DNA from: Eledone cirrhosa
Taxonomy: Eukaryota
Length of the DNA: 64,000 nucleotides
Assembly: GCA_964016885.1 (NCBI GenBank)
Contig: OZ024755.1
Span: 12,648,001 to 12,712,000 of the forward strand
Direction: 5' to 3'
Shown here piece after piece: positions 14,937 through 32,194 of the stretch. The position numbers and the translations under genes are program-made. The notes under the pieces were generated by a model that had not been told where the DNA came from, did no database searches, and saw only the letters and a program-made list of their open reading frames with translations. The stretch's first letter is position 1. The number at the start of each line of letters is the position of its first letter.

Positions 14937-15624
14937 ACTCAGCTACTCTCCCGCTATCGGCTCTCCTTTTGTCTAAATGTTTCTTTATATGAAATCTGAT
15001 ACAATAACAAGACTTAGCTGAGATGCACCATCCAGCCATGGGTGTAGACTGTGTGTATGTGTGTGTGTGTGTGTGTGTGTGTATAGAACAATGAAAAAAA
15101 GACAGGAGTCAGACATAAGTGGTTCATTAGTTCATTGTTTTACGATCTTTTTAGAGAGTCGATCGATCGTGGAAGTTCGATGTATCGACTAGCATGGAAA
15201 TGATTAGGCTACTACCTACATCTACGATATATATATATATATATATATATGAGGGAGGAGTGTATGTATGTGGGTGAGTGTGTGTGTTTAAGTTTGTGTT
15301 TGTGCCAGGCTTGAAACAAAATAAGTTCTATGGAGAATGTGACCAAAAACCCTTCTAAACAGTGCTCCAGTATGGGCGCAGTCTAACGACTGAAGCCAGC
15401 ATAAGAATAAAAGAGTAACAGAACATAGAAATCAGACAGGAACGATTAACCGATTAAGCACATGCTAGTGTCTTGTATCTGCTTTATCTTTCGGGTCAAA
15501 AGATTTGTGAAATGATTTCAGGTTGTCTGGCTTTATGGCGTCTAAGTGACTTACACAGACGTAACGTTACAAACGTGATAGATTTATTATTTTATCAATG
15601 TTCTTGTGTGGTAGATAATGAACT

Positions 15625-16770
15625 CATGTGGCTAAGTGGTTAGGGTGTTAAACTCACGAACGTCATTACGTGAGTTCGATCTCCGAACCTAAATCGACAA
15701 GTAATATTCATAGACATCATTATAATGTTGTTGTTGTTACAGCTCGCCGCCTCCAAGGTATATCTCGTTGGAGGTGTCTTGGGTTATTTAATGATAGGAA
15801 CCCCAGTCCTATCATCTCATTTCTACAGCTGAGTAAACTGGAGCAACGTGAAATAAAGTGTCTTGCTCAAGGAAACAACACATCATCCGGTCTGAGAATT
15901 GAACACACAAACTTTCGATTGCAAGCCCAATGCTCTAACCACTAAGCCATGCGCCTTAACATTATAATGCGATATAATCAAAGCCTATGGCTTATTGATT
16001 AGGATGTTTGGCTCACCATTGTAAAGTTGTGAGTTTGATTCCTGAGCCGGGAGTCGCGTTGTGTTGTAAGCAGTTCACTTAATACCTGCCCACGAAGTTA
16101 GAAAAAAAATGAGTCCTATTTAATAAATGACTGATAGGTTTCAAAGCCGGTACAATACGGTTGAAAAGTATAAAGGGCAAATAATGACAAATGAAACAAA
16201 ACAAAGTAATGTTTTACCTAGAGTTCCATTCACGTGCCACGCTGAATCAAAGTAATATTTTACCCAGAGTTGTATTTATAATTTCAAGGTTTCATCCTTG
16301 TGCCACGCTAAACACCCTGAGATCTACGCAAGGGTAAACATGGCCGTAGAATGATCAACCACTTGCACGTTAATATCATAAGCAGGCTGCTCAACACGTG
16401 GTTGAGTATTCTACAGACATGCGTATCTTTAACTTAATTCTCAGGGAGATTCAGCATAACACATATGTGACAAGAGTTGTAATTACAAGAACAATCCATC
16501 TAACTCCTTTTTTTTCCAACTAAGTTGACTGGAGCAACGAGAAATAAAGTGTCTTGCTCAAGAACACAACGCTCCACCTAGAATCGAACGCACACTATGA
16601 TCGTGAGCTAAGCACCCTACGAGCAGTTTCCCTTTATTTTATCGCAATGGTATATTTATAACGCTCTTGTAATAATTTAAATAATTGTTATTCATTTAAA
16701 TCTGGAAATTGAACAGAAGACTTTACAATCGTTAGCCGTACACCTTAACCACTAAACTACGCGCCTTCAT
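15625..16770. mobile_element. Cluster of older CORE-like SINE fragments in both orientations
   Basis: Heads at 15625 (+), 15800-15957 (-), 15985 (+), 16510-16620 (-) and 16720-16768 (-); tail pieces at 16290-16480. Confidence 0.7.
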
Positions 16771-16949
16771 TTCATGTACGGTAAGACGGCATGGTGAAAT
16801 AGACTGACACCAAACTGCATGTGTCTAACAGATGTGATATAACCACTTGAGGTCTCTAAGGATATCTGCACCGGAAGTCAGCTTCCTCTGCCTCTTGCTT
16901 CATTCATTTAATCTGTTTTCTTGGTAACTGGAGATCGGTGTAATTATTA

Positions 16950-17117
16950 TAGTTACGGCCATTTACATTCTGTGATCAAATCTCAACGGGATTAGCTTTG
17001 CCTTTCATCCTTACGGGGTCAATAAAATAAAGTACCAGTAACGTAGTGGGGTAGATTTAATCGACTTTCCCCTCCCCTTTAAATTTCTGGCCTTGTGCCT
17101 AAAGTAGAAACAATTAT
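16950..17117 (+). mobile_element. SINE copy (long 3' variant)
   Basis: Consensus match that includes the ggggtagatttaatcgactttcccc segment. Confidence 0.8.
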
Positions 17118-17785
17118 TGACGGTACTGGCCCAATTAGTATCAAATACTCCACGTAACATGAACGAAGGACAATAAGGTTCTAGATTTGGTCCCACTGAG
17201 TCACATCTTTGACAAGTGATTTTAACATAGGCCCGTGTTGATCCAAACCTTGTGAATGCATTTGGGTAGTCGGAAATTATTTGGAAGCCCGTTGAATAGA
17301 TTTTACTTGCACTACAAAGAGCTAACTCAGAAAGTAAAAGGACATAACTCTATGCAGAAAAGCGTGCTGTCTGACTCTCTAACTTTTTAACTGAAACACT
17401 CGTCGTCGAAAACCACGGATGTCCAACGCAAACACACACACACACATACACACACAACACTAGACGAAATCATTGAAAGAAAATATTTACCAATGATATT
17501 ATGTAGGCGTTTGGGTATCGTTCATCAGAGCAATTTGTTGGATAAATCCAAAACATTCTGACAGGATGTCAAACATTAGATGCTATACAACACACATTTA
17601 TTGATATAATAATATGACGACCAAGCAGCTATTTACGTCTGACCAATCATTTAATCAAGAGATTAAGTGATTGGTTAGAGTAAACAAAAGTAATGAAGAA
17701 TGATAGAAAACAATGGCGATCATGAAGAAAAGAAGGATAGAATTTATATATTTTCTTTTACGTTTTTATACTTTTACAGTGACAT

Positions 17786-17822
<37 letters not shown>

Positions 17823-17939
17823 ATGTATGTATATGTATATATATATATATATGTATGTATGCATATATATATATATATATATATATACGTATATATATAT
17901 ATATATATATATATAAATATATATGTGTGTGTGTGTATA

Positions 17940-18146
17940 TCGATCGACTTTCGTCAAATCGGACCGAGGAAACAATGTTTCCGTTGGTCTTTCCAGTTGC
18001 TAGTACTATCTATCGGTCGCAACTCCAGGTAGAAGGAGCAACGTGAAATAAAGTGTCTTGCTCAAGGACATAACGCATCGCCCGGTCCGGGAATCGAACT
18101 CACAACCTCAAGATTGTGAATCCAATTATCTAACCACTCAGCCACA
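17940..18146 (-). mobile_element. Older CORE-like SINE fragment
   Basis: ggagcaacgtgaaataaagtgtcttgctcaaggaca...gggaatcgaactcacaacc...taaccactcagccac. Confidence 0.7.
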
Positions 18147-18254
18147 CAGCCACACACACACATATATATATATAGATATATGTATATATATATATATGTA
18201 TATATACTTATATGTATATATATATACTTATATACTTATATGTATATATATATA

Positions 18255-18321
<67 letters not shown>

Positions 18322-18489
18322 ATATACTTATATGTATAAATATATAAATATATACATATGTAAAAGTTATATTTAATTTGTTGGGATACAACAAGCAAAT
18401 ATTTTTATAACTGATATAAAGCACTCAACAAATTATTGGAGTAAAAATACGATATTAAAAAATGGAAATTATATTTATAAAACCATATT

Positions 18490-18554
18490 TATTTCATTAT
18501 ACATATTTCAAGGACACCAAGTTAAATTATGGTGTGCTCTCATCAGATAAAATA
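18490..18554 (-). ncRNA. Minimal type I hammerhead ribozyme motif (family A, copy 1)
   Basis: Reverse complement reads tattttat-CTGATGA-gagcacacca(taatttaact)tggtgtcctt-GAAA-tatgta-TA-atgaaata. Confidence 0.8.
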
Positions 18555-18807
18555 TAATATAGAGCAGTTTTATAAATAAATATTGACATACCCTTAAAGA
18601 ATGCAACCATTACTGTTGGAAGCTCCCGGATACATTCCTATATTTTAAACATATATTTTAAACAAACATTTTTCATTTTTTATTATTTCTTATAATTTTT
18701 ATTGATAATTAATTGAAAAATTAATAATTAATTGTTGGTTGATGATTAATAATAAATTTATATATGCTTATGTAATAATAACATATTTTAATAATATTTT
18801 TTGATAG

Positions 18808-18848
<41 letters not shown>

Positions 18849-19319
18849 TCTTTTAATAATATATAGATCTCAATTTTTAATTTATAGATCTCAATAATTT
18901 AATTGATAAATTAAACATTTAATCAAATTTAAACATTAGATAAAATTCTCCGATTATTATTATTTATTTATTTATCCACGCTTTATTTACTCCGCGTAAT
19001 TCATCCACTATATATTTATTTTTTCGCTTCATCATCTCATAAATTACGTTAATACAACACTCTCTCACTTAGGGTTTTCTCTCTTTCTCTTTTTTTTGTT
19101 TTCCTTCTTTGGGTTTGCTCTTTCTTTTTCTTTTTCTTTTTCTTTTTTCCCTATTCCAACGGCTTAATTTAAATTTACGGGATTTAAACCTCTCCGACAC
19201 TAATTTGCATAAAAGACCAATAATAAAATTAGTAACCCCACTATCCGGGAGCCTCCAACCGACATGGTCGCATTCTTTAAGGGTATGTCAATATTTGTTT
19301 ATAAAACTGATCTAAATTA

Positions 19320-19384
19320 TATTTTATCTGATGAAAGCGCACCATAATTTGCTTTGGTGTCCTTGAAATATGTATAATGAAATA
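19320..19384 (+). ncRNA. Minimal type I hammerhead ribozyme motif (family A, copy 2)
   Basis: tattttat-CTGATGA-aagcgcacca(taatttgctt)tggtgtcctt-GAAA-tatgta-TA-atgaaata. Stem I is 8 bp with one G-U, stem II is 9/10 paired, stem III is a near-palindromic hexamer, and the predicted cleavage is after AUA at 19376. Confidence 0.8.
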
Positions 19385-19520
19385 AATATGGTTTTATAAA
19401 TATAGTTTCCATTAGTTAATATATTGTATTTTTACTCCAATAATTTGTTGAGTGCTTTATATCAGTTATAAAAATATTTGCTTGTTGTATCCCAACAAAT
19501 TAAGTATAACTTCTACATAT

Positions 19521-19565
<45 letters not shown>

Positions 19566-20094
19566 GAGAAAGAGATCAATATATATATATACATACATCC
19601 ATATATATATATACATACATACATATATATATATACATACATACATATATATATATACATACAGATATATATATATATATTCACACACACACATATATAT
19701 ATATATCATATATATATGTATAATATATATTTATATGTATACACATATATATATATTCACATTGGTGTTTATGTATATATTTACTTGCACAAAAACCTGT
19801 AGTGTTTATATATTAGCAGGTCATTGTTCTTAGTGATAACAAGTTGTTCACACCCAATTTTAATGTTTGTACCTACAATAAATGAGAACCGGTCGTGGTA
19901 AGTAATGTCTAAATGTTTATTTTATAGCTAACATGTGTTAACTATCGCAGAAAGACAATAAAAAGATACTCCCACAGCAATAATATATAAAGATAGAAAT
20001 TTATAATATAACGTAGAGTGTAGTATTAAATTCATCTTATCATACTTAGAAAAACAAACAAGCAAACGTAGGAGCGCATGCTTTAGGCAACAAA

Positions 20095-20570
20095 TCACAT
20101 AAACTCAGACATGGTTACGTGGTTAAGGTTTTCATTTAGCAACCACTTAGTTTCGTGGTCTGTCCTATTGCGTGGTTCTTTGGACAAAAGAAAAACATAA
20201 GCATCATCTACTAGAAGAGCAATAATAACCCTTTCTAATTCAGGCACTGGGCCAACAATTTTGGGGCAAAGAAAAGGTTGATTGGAGACGTATGGCCTAG
20301 TGGTAATGGTGTTGGACTTACGATTATAATGTCGTGGGTTTGATTCCTGGACTGGGTTACGTGTTGTGTTCTTGAGCAAAACACTTCATTTCACGTTGCT
20401 CCAGTATACTCAGCTGAAAATGAGTACTAATAATAACTGGGGTTTCAACCCTGTGATAGACTGGTGTTCTGTCCAAAAGGGAACTATGTACTCTCAGTTG
20501 CTTCACACCACAAAAACGGGATTAGCACTGGCCTGACGAGCGCCCTAGCTTGAGACAGACTTTAGACTTG
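20095..20570 (+). mobile_element. Older SINE fragments, including a CORE-like copy at 20284-20570
   Basis: tggcctagtggtaatgg (A box), gggtttgattcc (B box), gtgttcttgagcaaaacacttcatttcacgttgctccag. Confidence 0.7.
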
Positions 20571-21054
20571 GAGATTTGGAAAGTTGTTAATAATTTTTTG
20601 TGGAACCAAAATCAATATTTTTCAGGCCACCACGTATTCCCGAATAATTACAGTCCATGTTGATTTTCACCTTCACATTCTCTTCCTCCTCATCTTTCAG
20701 CATCATTATTATCATCACCACCGTCATCACCACCACCACCACCATCATTACCACAACCATTCTCATCACCATCACCATCATCATCATCATGTGTCATCAC
20801 CACCATTAACACCTACTATCACCATCACTACTAGAACCACCATTACCACCAACATCATCATCATCGTAATCACGACACCCATTCAACACTGTATTATTAA
20901 TAGTATTTAATTATAGGAAGTTATATGAAATAGATCACATAGACAATTTATTTCCTAATTAGATAACATGAATTGAAGGAGATAAAAAATACAATATATA
21001 TAAAGAACATTATATATATATATATATATATATATACATACATATATATATATA

Positions 21055-21108
<54 letters not shown>

Positions 21109-21229
21109 AAAGTCATAAAATATCAGTAAAGTATCATCGATTTTTCATTTAAATCAAAAATATATTTTTTTAAATGTTCTTCCTGAAATATAGAGACATA
21201 AACTGTCTACACGTGTATATTATCATATA

Positions 21230-22280
<1,051 letters not shown>

Positions 22281-22402
22281 TGTGGCTAATAAAGAAACAT
22301 ATCTATATATCTATCGATCTATCTATCTGTCTCTCTATCTGACTGTCTAACTATCTCCCTGTTTATATATATATATATATAAATTTGTATGTGTATAGAT
22401 AT

Positions 22403-22785
22403 ACTTCTTTATTTGCCACAAGGGCGCACAAGAAAGGGGGACAAAACAAAGACACATGCCGGGGATTTTACATACAGCCGTGTAAAAATATTGAAACAAA
22501 CAATCGAAATCCCCAATAGGGGGGCGCCACAAATGGGTTGTTTAATACCCCGTTGATAGAACAACCCTCAACTTCAAGAGCGCGTTGTGCAAGCGCTCCT
22601 TGTTTCCTTAAGCATTCTCCTTCAACCTACAGGTTTATATACAGAGAAGGCCCAATTACTCGGGTCATTTTTGCTACATTCACCCACCTTTCAGTAAATT
22701 TACTGGGGTGCAGTGCCTCTCTCTCCACTCTGATTCTCCTTCTAAAGTGGTACCTAAAGAAAGGAATGAGCTGTTACCCGGGGGC
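22403..22785 (-). mobile_element. 3' end of an L1/Tx1-like LINE (ORF2 C-terminus plus 3' UTR)
   Basis: Minus strand 22770-22627 translates LIPFFRYHFRRRIRVEREALHPSKFTERWVNVAKMTRVIGPSLYINL*. It ends cccttgtggcaaataaagaa; similar tails occur at 6008-6050, 9937, 22281 and 60780-60826. Confidence 0.6.
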
Positions 22786-22889
22786 GTGTATATATATGTG
22801 TCTGTCTGTCTGTCTATCTGAGTTTCAATCTTCCATTTATCTATCTATCTATCTCATTCTCTTACATAGTAGTTTTTACTGTTTCTTCC

Positions 22890-24590
22890 ACCAAACCACC
22901 ACCACCACCACCATCATCACACCCACTACCAATAATACCGTCACCACCCCCACCAAAAACGCCGCCATCACCACTACTAGTACCACCAAGAAGCTACAGG
23001 AGCAGTATCACTAGAAACAACGACGACAGCATCACTACCATCACCACCACAACCATCATCATCACCTTCGTGACCAACAACACGAACAACACTACAACCA
23101 CCATTACCACTACCAACAACACCACAACCACCACTACCATCACCAACACTACAACAATCATCACCAACCCCAACACTACCACCACCAGGAAATTATAAGA
23201 GAACAACAACAACTATAATGTCCGTTCTGGTTGTATTTGCGATGGCGGAATCACGTGACATGGTGTATTAAAATGTCGCCACTGATTAAATCGTCTGACA
23301 AAGACATTACTTCTTTCCCCTCCATCCTTATCGTCCTTTTCTCCATATATCTCTCTCACCCCTTTCCCTTCTCTCTCTCTCGCCCTTTTTTTCTCTCCCC
23401 TTTACAACACCTCACTCTTCCCTCTCTTTTTTGTCCCTCTCGCGCCTCTCCCCCCTCTCTCTCTTCTCACTCTTTCCCTCTTTCCATTGCTTCTCCTCTC
23501 ACTCACTCTCTCTGTCCCTCTCCTGCATCTCTCCCCATCTATTTCTCTATATCTCATCTTCCTCTCTCTCCACCCTCTCTTTCCCTTCTCCCTCTCCTCT
23601 CACTTTTTGTCCCTCTATCGCATGTCTCCCCTTTTATTTCTCTATCTCTCATCTCCCTCTTCCTCTCTCTCTCTCCTCCTTTCTCCTCCCTATCTCCCCT
23701 TCTCCCCGTCCTCTCACTCACTCTTTTTGTCCCTCTCCCTCATCACCTCCCTCTTTCTTTCTCTCTCTCTCTCTCTTCCATCCACTCTTTAACCCTTCTC
23801 TCTCTCTATATATATATATATATCTCACCCTCTCTCCTTCCTCCTACATCTAACGAAGTATTAACATCAATGGTGATCGAATGAATGGCTTTACAGATGT
23901 GTGAGAATGATTGATTGATTGTTTGATTGATCTTCGGCTGGAAATAACTCCTATTGATTTCCTACAAAGTCTTCATTCACGACACAACTAAAGGAAACTT
24001 TAAAAAAAACAACAACTAATATAAATAAATAAACGTCAACAACAACAACAACAACAGTTACAGCAATAATGACAACAACAACAACAACAGTTACAGCAAT
24101 AATGACAACAACAACAGTTACAGCAATAATGACAAAAACAACAACAACGACAACAGTTACAGCAATACTGACAACAACAACAGTTACAGCAATAATGACA
24201 AAAACAACAACAACGACAACAGTTACAGCAATACTGACAACAACAACAGTTACAGCAATAATGACAACAACAACAACAACAGTTACAGCAATAATGACAA
24301 CAACAACAACAATGACAACAGCAACATGAACATCAACACCACCAACAACAATATCATCAACTACTACTGCGACTGCTGCTACTACTACTACTACTGCGAC
24401 TACTACTACTGCGACTACTGCGACTACTGCTACTACTACTGCGACTGCTTCTACTACTACTGCTCCTACTGCTGCTACTACTGCGACTACTGCGACTACT
24501 ACTGCGACTACTACTGCGACTACTACTGCTGCGACTACTACTACTACTACTACTACTGTGACTGCGACTACTGCTACTACTACTGTTGCT
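22890..24590. repeat. Low-complexity block: (CCA)n, polypyrimidine tract (23310-23845), gttacagcaataatgacaaca units, (CTA/CTG/CGA)n
   Basis: Direct inspection. Confidence 0.9.
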
Positions 24591-24806
24591 TCATTTTCTT
24601 TCAACAATGAGAAAGAGACAGACAGTGAGACAGACAGACAGACGTTATTCGAGAGATACGGAGTTCGCTCCTCCGTAACGGTATCTGTTCAGTTTTCCGT
24701 CTCTAAGGGTATTTTATCTGATCTGATATTCTGTTGTTACAGTCATATTCTGCGATTGGTATTCCTTCATTTCCAAATCATGCACCACTTCGATAATTCA
24801 TAAATT

Positions 24807-24860
<54 letters not shown>

Positions 24861-24990
24861 ATATATGAAGAATATTGGATAAGTTACAAACTAGCTGAAA
24901 CCCCTCGAAACTCATGGACGGACCTCTATCTCAAATCATACGCAGAGGAATAGCAATTTTACACGCGAATGTCATCAAAGGATTTGTATG

Positions 24991-25025
<35 letters not shown>

Positions 25026-25027
25026 AC

Positions 25028-25079
<52 letters not shown>

Positions 25080-25173
25080 ATAAGATCAATCCTAATCTAC
25101 TGCACGAAATTGCATGCATGAAGGTAGTTGATGAAGTAGAGATGCAGTTTTCTGTTCATCTTAACTGTTTTTC

Positions 25174-25204
<31 letters not shown>

Positions 25205-25251
25205 CTGAGCTTTTCCAATATTAATAATAATATTCGATTCGTTTGCAATTG

Positions 25252-25307
<56 letters not shown>

Positions 25308-25310
<3 letters not shown>

Positions 25311-25350
25311 TCTGATGAACGCCAACCAGCATGAAACAGACTGCCAGCTT
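25308..25350 (+). ncRNA. Decayed compact hammerhead motif (family D)
   Basis: ggct-CTGATGA-acgc(caacca)gcat-GAAA-cagactg-CC-agct, directly after a (TA)n tract. There is one stem II mismatch, and the conserved U before the cleavage site is C. Confidence 0.45.
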
Positions 25351-25670
25351 CTCCCCTTCTTTCGCCGAAAAGAAGTAATATAGTCACTACTTAAAAACTG
25401 ATAACGTATGGTCTTCTAAATGTTTTTAATTAAACATACGGTTTATTGCCAAATATACGATACATACATTTCATGTATACATCGTTATTACAATCCTAAT
25501 ATATATATATATATATATCCATACATATATTTAAGAGTTAAACAAGGTTCAATGAATACATCAAAGAATGAGTTTTACAATAGATTGGAAGCACTCAACA
25601 AAAATGTTTTCCAGAGTTATTAATATTAATTCAAAATATTAACAAAATAGATATTATTGTGATCAATTAA

Positions 25671-25735
25671 ATTTTATTATACATATTTCAGAGGTACTGA
25701 GTTAAGTTCAACAGTACGTCCTCATCAGATAAAAT
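25671..25735 (-). ncRNA. Minimal type I hammerhead ribozyme motif (family A, copy 3, divergent stem II)
   Basis: Reverse complement reads attttat-CTGATGA-ggacgtactg(ttgaacttaact)cagtacctct-GAAA-tatgta-TA-ataaaat. Stem II sequence differs from copies 1 and 2 but pairing is kept. Confidence 0.8.
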
Positions 25736-26632
25736 AAAATGATACATGACATACCCTGACATAGTAGATGGTTAAGATTCAATCTTAACTCAGTACCTCT
25801 GAAATATGTATAATAAAATATAATTGATCACAAGAATATCTATTTTGTTAATATTTTGAATTAATATTATATACATATATGTATATATGTATGAAACGTT
25901 ACACGATTTCTGTTTTCTCTCGGACTCTTTCTCTCTCTCTCTCCCTCTTTCCTTCTCTTTCACTGTCTCCTTGTTTCTACCAGTCTCTTTCTCCAATTGT
26001 CTTCCTTCCCCTCTTCTCGCACCCATCCTTGTTCTTTTCATCCCTTAGATTCGGTAGATAGCACACGTATTTTTGTTAACACATATTTTCTCCCAACTAC
26101 ATTCCTTCGATGAAAGTCTTAAATTTTCCATCTTTCCAACATTAACATGTTAGACATTTTGCAATATATTGTGTCATACATCAACCACAAGTCTGTTTTA
26201 TATCCATTCAGAATAACAGCGGTAATATTTTGATGTATGTATGTTTGTTTTTCATAGAAAGACACTTGTAAATTTTCCTGTCCAATCTTTGTATGATTTT
26301 ATTGTTTTACATCCAACTTAGCAACAGAGACTGTCCATAATCTGTTGTACAAACCAATAATACAAATACGATATCACCTTCATACATGAAATTGCACGTC
26401 AGAATGTGGCTAACGATGTAAAGATGCAGTTGTCTGTTGGTTTTATCTGTTTCTCTGTGTGTATTGATAACACACACACATATATTTACATATATCTCTT
26501 TCCCTCTCTCTCTTACACACACACTTTCTCTCTCTCTGCTCTATATACATACACTCACACACACATTATATACTCTTTTACTCTTTTACCTGTTTCAGCC
26601 ATCCGGCTGAGGCCATGCTGGGGCACCGCCCT

Positions 26633-26667
<35 letters not shown>

Positions 26668-26787
26668 TATGTATAGATATAAATATATATGTACACATCT
26701 ATATTTATGTGTGTGTGCTATTTGTTAATTTTACCAAAGGGAGTGTATATATATATATAGGATGAGAGAGAGAGAGAGTGAGGGAGA

Positions 26788-26818
<31 letters not shown>

Positions 26819-27043
26819 TGAGAGAGAGTGAGAGATAGATACAGAGAGTGAGAGATAGATACAGAGAGGGAGAGATAGAGATAGAGAGAGAGAAACAGAA
26901 CACCATTTCTTTCAAACATATTATATTGAAAACCTACAGTATTCAGGTTTCAACTTTTTTATTAAGGATTTTCCATATATACCATATATCCATATATATA
27001 TTTATTTAGTTCTTTAGGTATAGTTGGGAACAATATGGCAGCA

Positions 27044-27102
<59 letters not shown>

Positions 27103-27554
27103 GTGTATATCTGTGTGGATGTGAACCAATAAAAACGCAACTGAGATGACGTTTTATTAAGGATTTTTTTCATATTTTCTCGTTAGTTCTTTATGGATCA
27201 AGCAATGCTATATTGTCCCCTTGATCCATAAATAACTAACAAGAAAATATGAAAGGCCCTTAATAATCCTTGATCTCAGTCGTGTTTTTAATAGTACAAA
27301 CCTGCACAATCACATATATGTGTGATTGTGTGCGTGTATTTGTAGCTCACCCCGACACTTCTCTCTTTATGTACAGAAATATGTCTTGTTAATATCTATA
27401 TGTGTATATATCTGTGTGTATATAAATGCCTGTATCAGTATGAGTCTGTGCCTGTGTGTGCAGATTTCGTTGTTGAGTTATATACAGAATCGTATCGATT
27501 GAAAAAATATGGTTTTGTCATATTATTAATTGAAACGAATGACCCACATTCTAT

Positions 27555-30920
<3,366 letters not shown>

Positions 30921-31042
30921 TGCATATGTGTGTGTGTATATATATATATACACGTCTATCTATCTATCTGTCTCTCTATCTGTCTCTCTTTCCATCATAC
31001 ACACACATCTATATAACATGTATGCATATATACATATATACC

Positions 31043-31078
<36 letters not shown>

Positions 31079-31171
31079 GGTATTTATCTATATAACATGT
31101 ATGCATATATACATATATACCCATACATATATATATATATATACATACATACATACACACATATTCTATCC

Positions 31172-31216
<45 letters not shown>

Positions 31217-31239
31217 TCCATAAATAAACTTACTATATA

Positions 31240-31279
<40 letters not shown>

Positions 31280-31284
31280 TATAC

Positions 31285-31317
<33 letters not shown>

Positions 31318-31334
31318 GTAAGTTTATTTATGGA

Positions 31335-31371
<37 letters not shown>

Positions 31372-31414
31372 GGATAGAATATGTATGTATGTACGTATAT
31401 ATATATATATATAT

Positions 31415-31469
<55 letters not shown>

Positions 31470-31823
31470 TACATAACACAACTTAAAATATGAAATGTCT
31501 ATTTAAAAACGATAAATTAAATTATAAATAAAGTTAGAATGTAAAGAAAAAATATAGATACACAATTTAAAATAAAAGCTCAAACATATTAAATATGAAG
31601 TTTGGTTCAAACGAAATGTAAGACTAATAACACTCCGCACTGAAAATATTTCGAAATAGACGAAATTATATAAATATATTCTTTCGTCTGTGGCAAATGA
31701 TAAAAAAATATCAAAGGATATTTTTTTATATTATATTATAGGCTAAGAGATAAGTTGGAAGGTAGAAATGGCAGGAACTTAGAGAGGAAATGTTATTGAA
31801 ATACTTGATATATAGAGACAGAC

Positions 31824-32194
31824 AATAATTGTTTCTACTTTTAGCACAAGGCCAGCAATCACCCCAGTGTATTACTGGTACTTTATTTTATCGACCCCGT
31901 AAGGATGAAAGGCAAAGTTAACCTCGTCGGGATTTGAACTCAGACTGGAAAGGGCCGTAACTCTATGCGTCAAAGCATGGCGTCCGACCCTCTACCGATA
32001 TTGCCAAATAATTGTTTCTACTTTTGGCACAAGGCCAGCAATTATTCCAGTGTATTACTGGTACTTTATTTTATCGACCCCGTAAGGATGAAAGGCAAAG
32101 TTAACCTCGGTGGGATTTGAACTCAGACTGGAAAGGGCCGTAACTCTATGCGTCAAAGCATGGCGTCCAACCCTCTACCTATATTGTCAATCCA
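31824..32194 (-). mobile_element. Head-to-tail dimer of the young SINE
   Basis: Two near-identical ~185-bp units (31824-32007 and 32008-32194). Confidence 0.9.

Larger units (their letters stand above)
18365..19511. mobile_element. Inverted pair of ~270-bp hammerhead-bearing repeats (Penelope-like pLTR arrangement)
   Basis: 18365-18632 is the reverse complement of 19242-19511 with scattered substitutions. Each arm holds a hammerhead, and the outer ends abut TA/GATA microsatellites. Confidence 0.7.

Noticed and set aside
19820-19903. Possible 78-nt exon (AG...GTAAGT)
   Set aside because: The polypyrimidine tract is weak and the peptide is unrecognisable, so it is expected by chance.
23250-23260. 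E-box tcacgtgac (and the CRE tgacgtca at 8262)
   Set aside because: Isolated short motifs with no promoter context are expected by chance in 64 kb.
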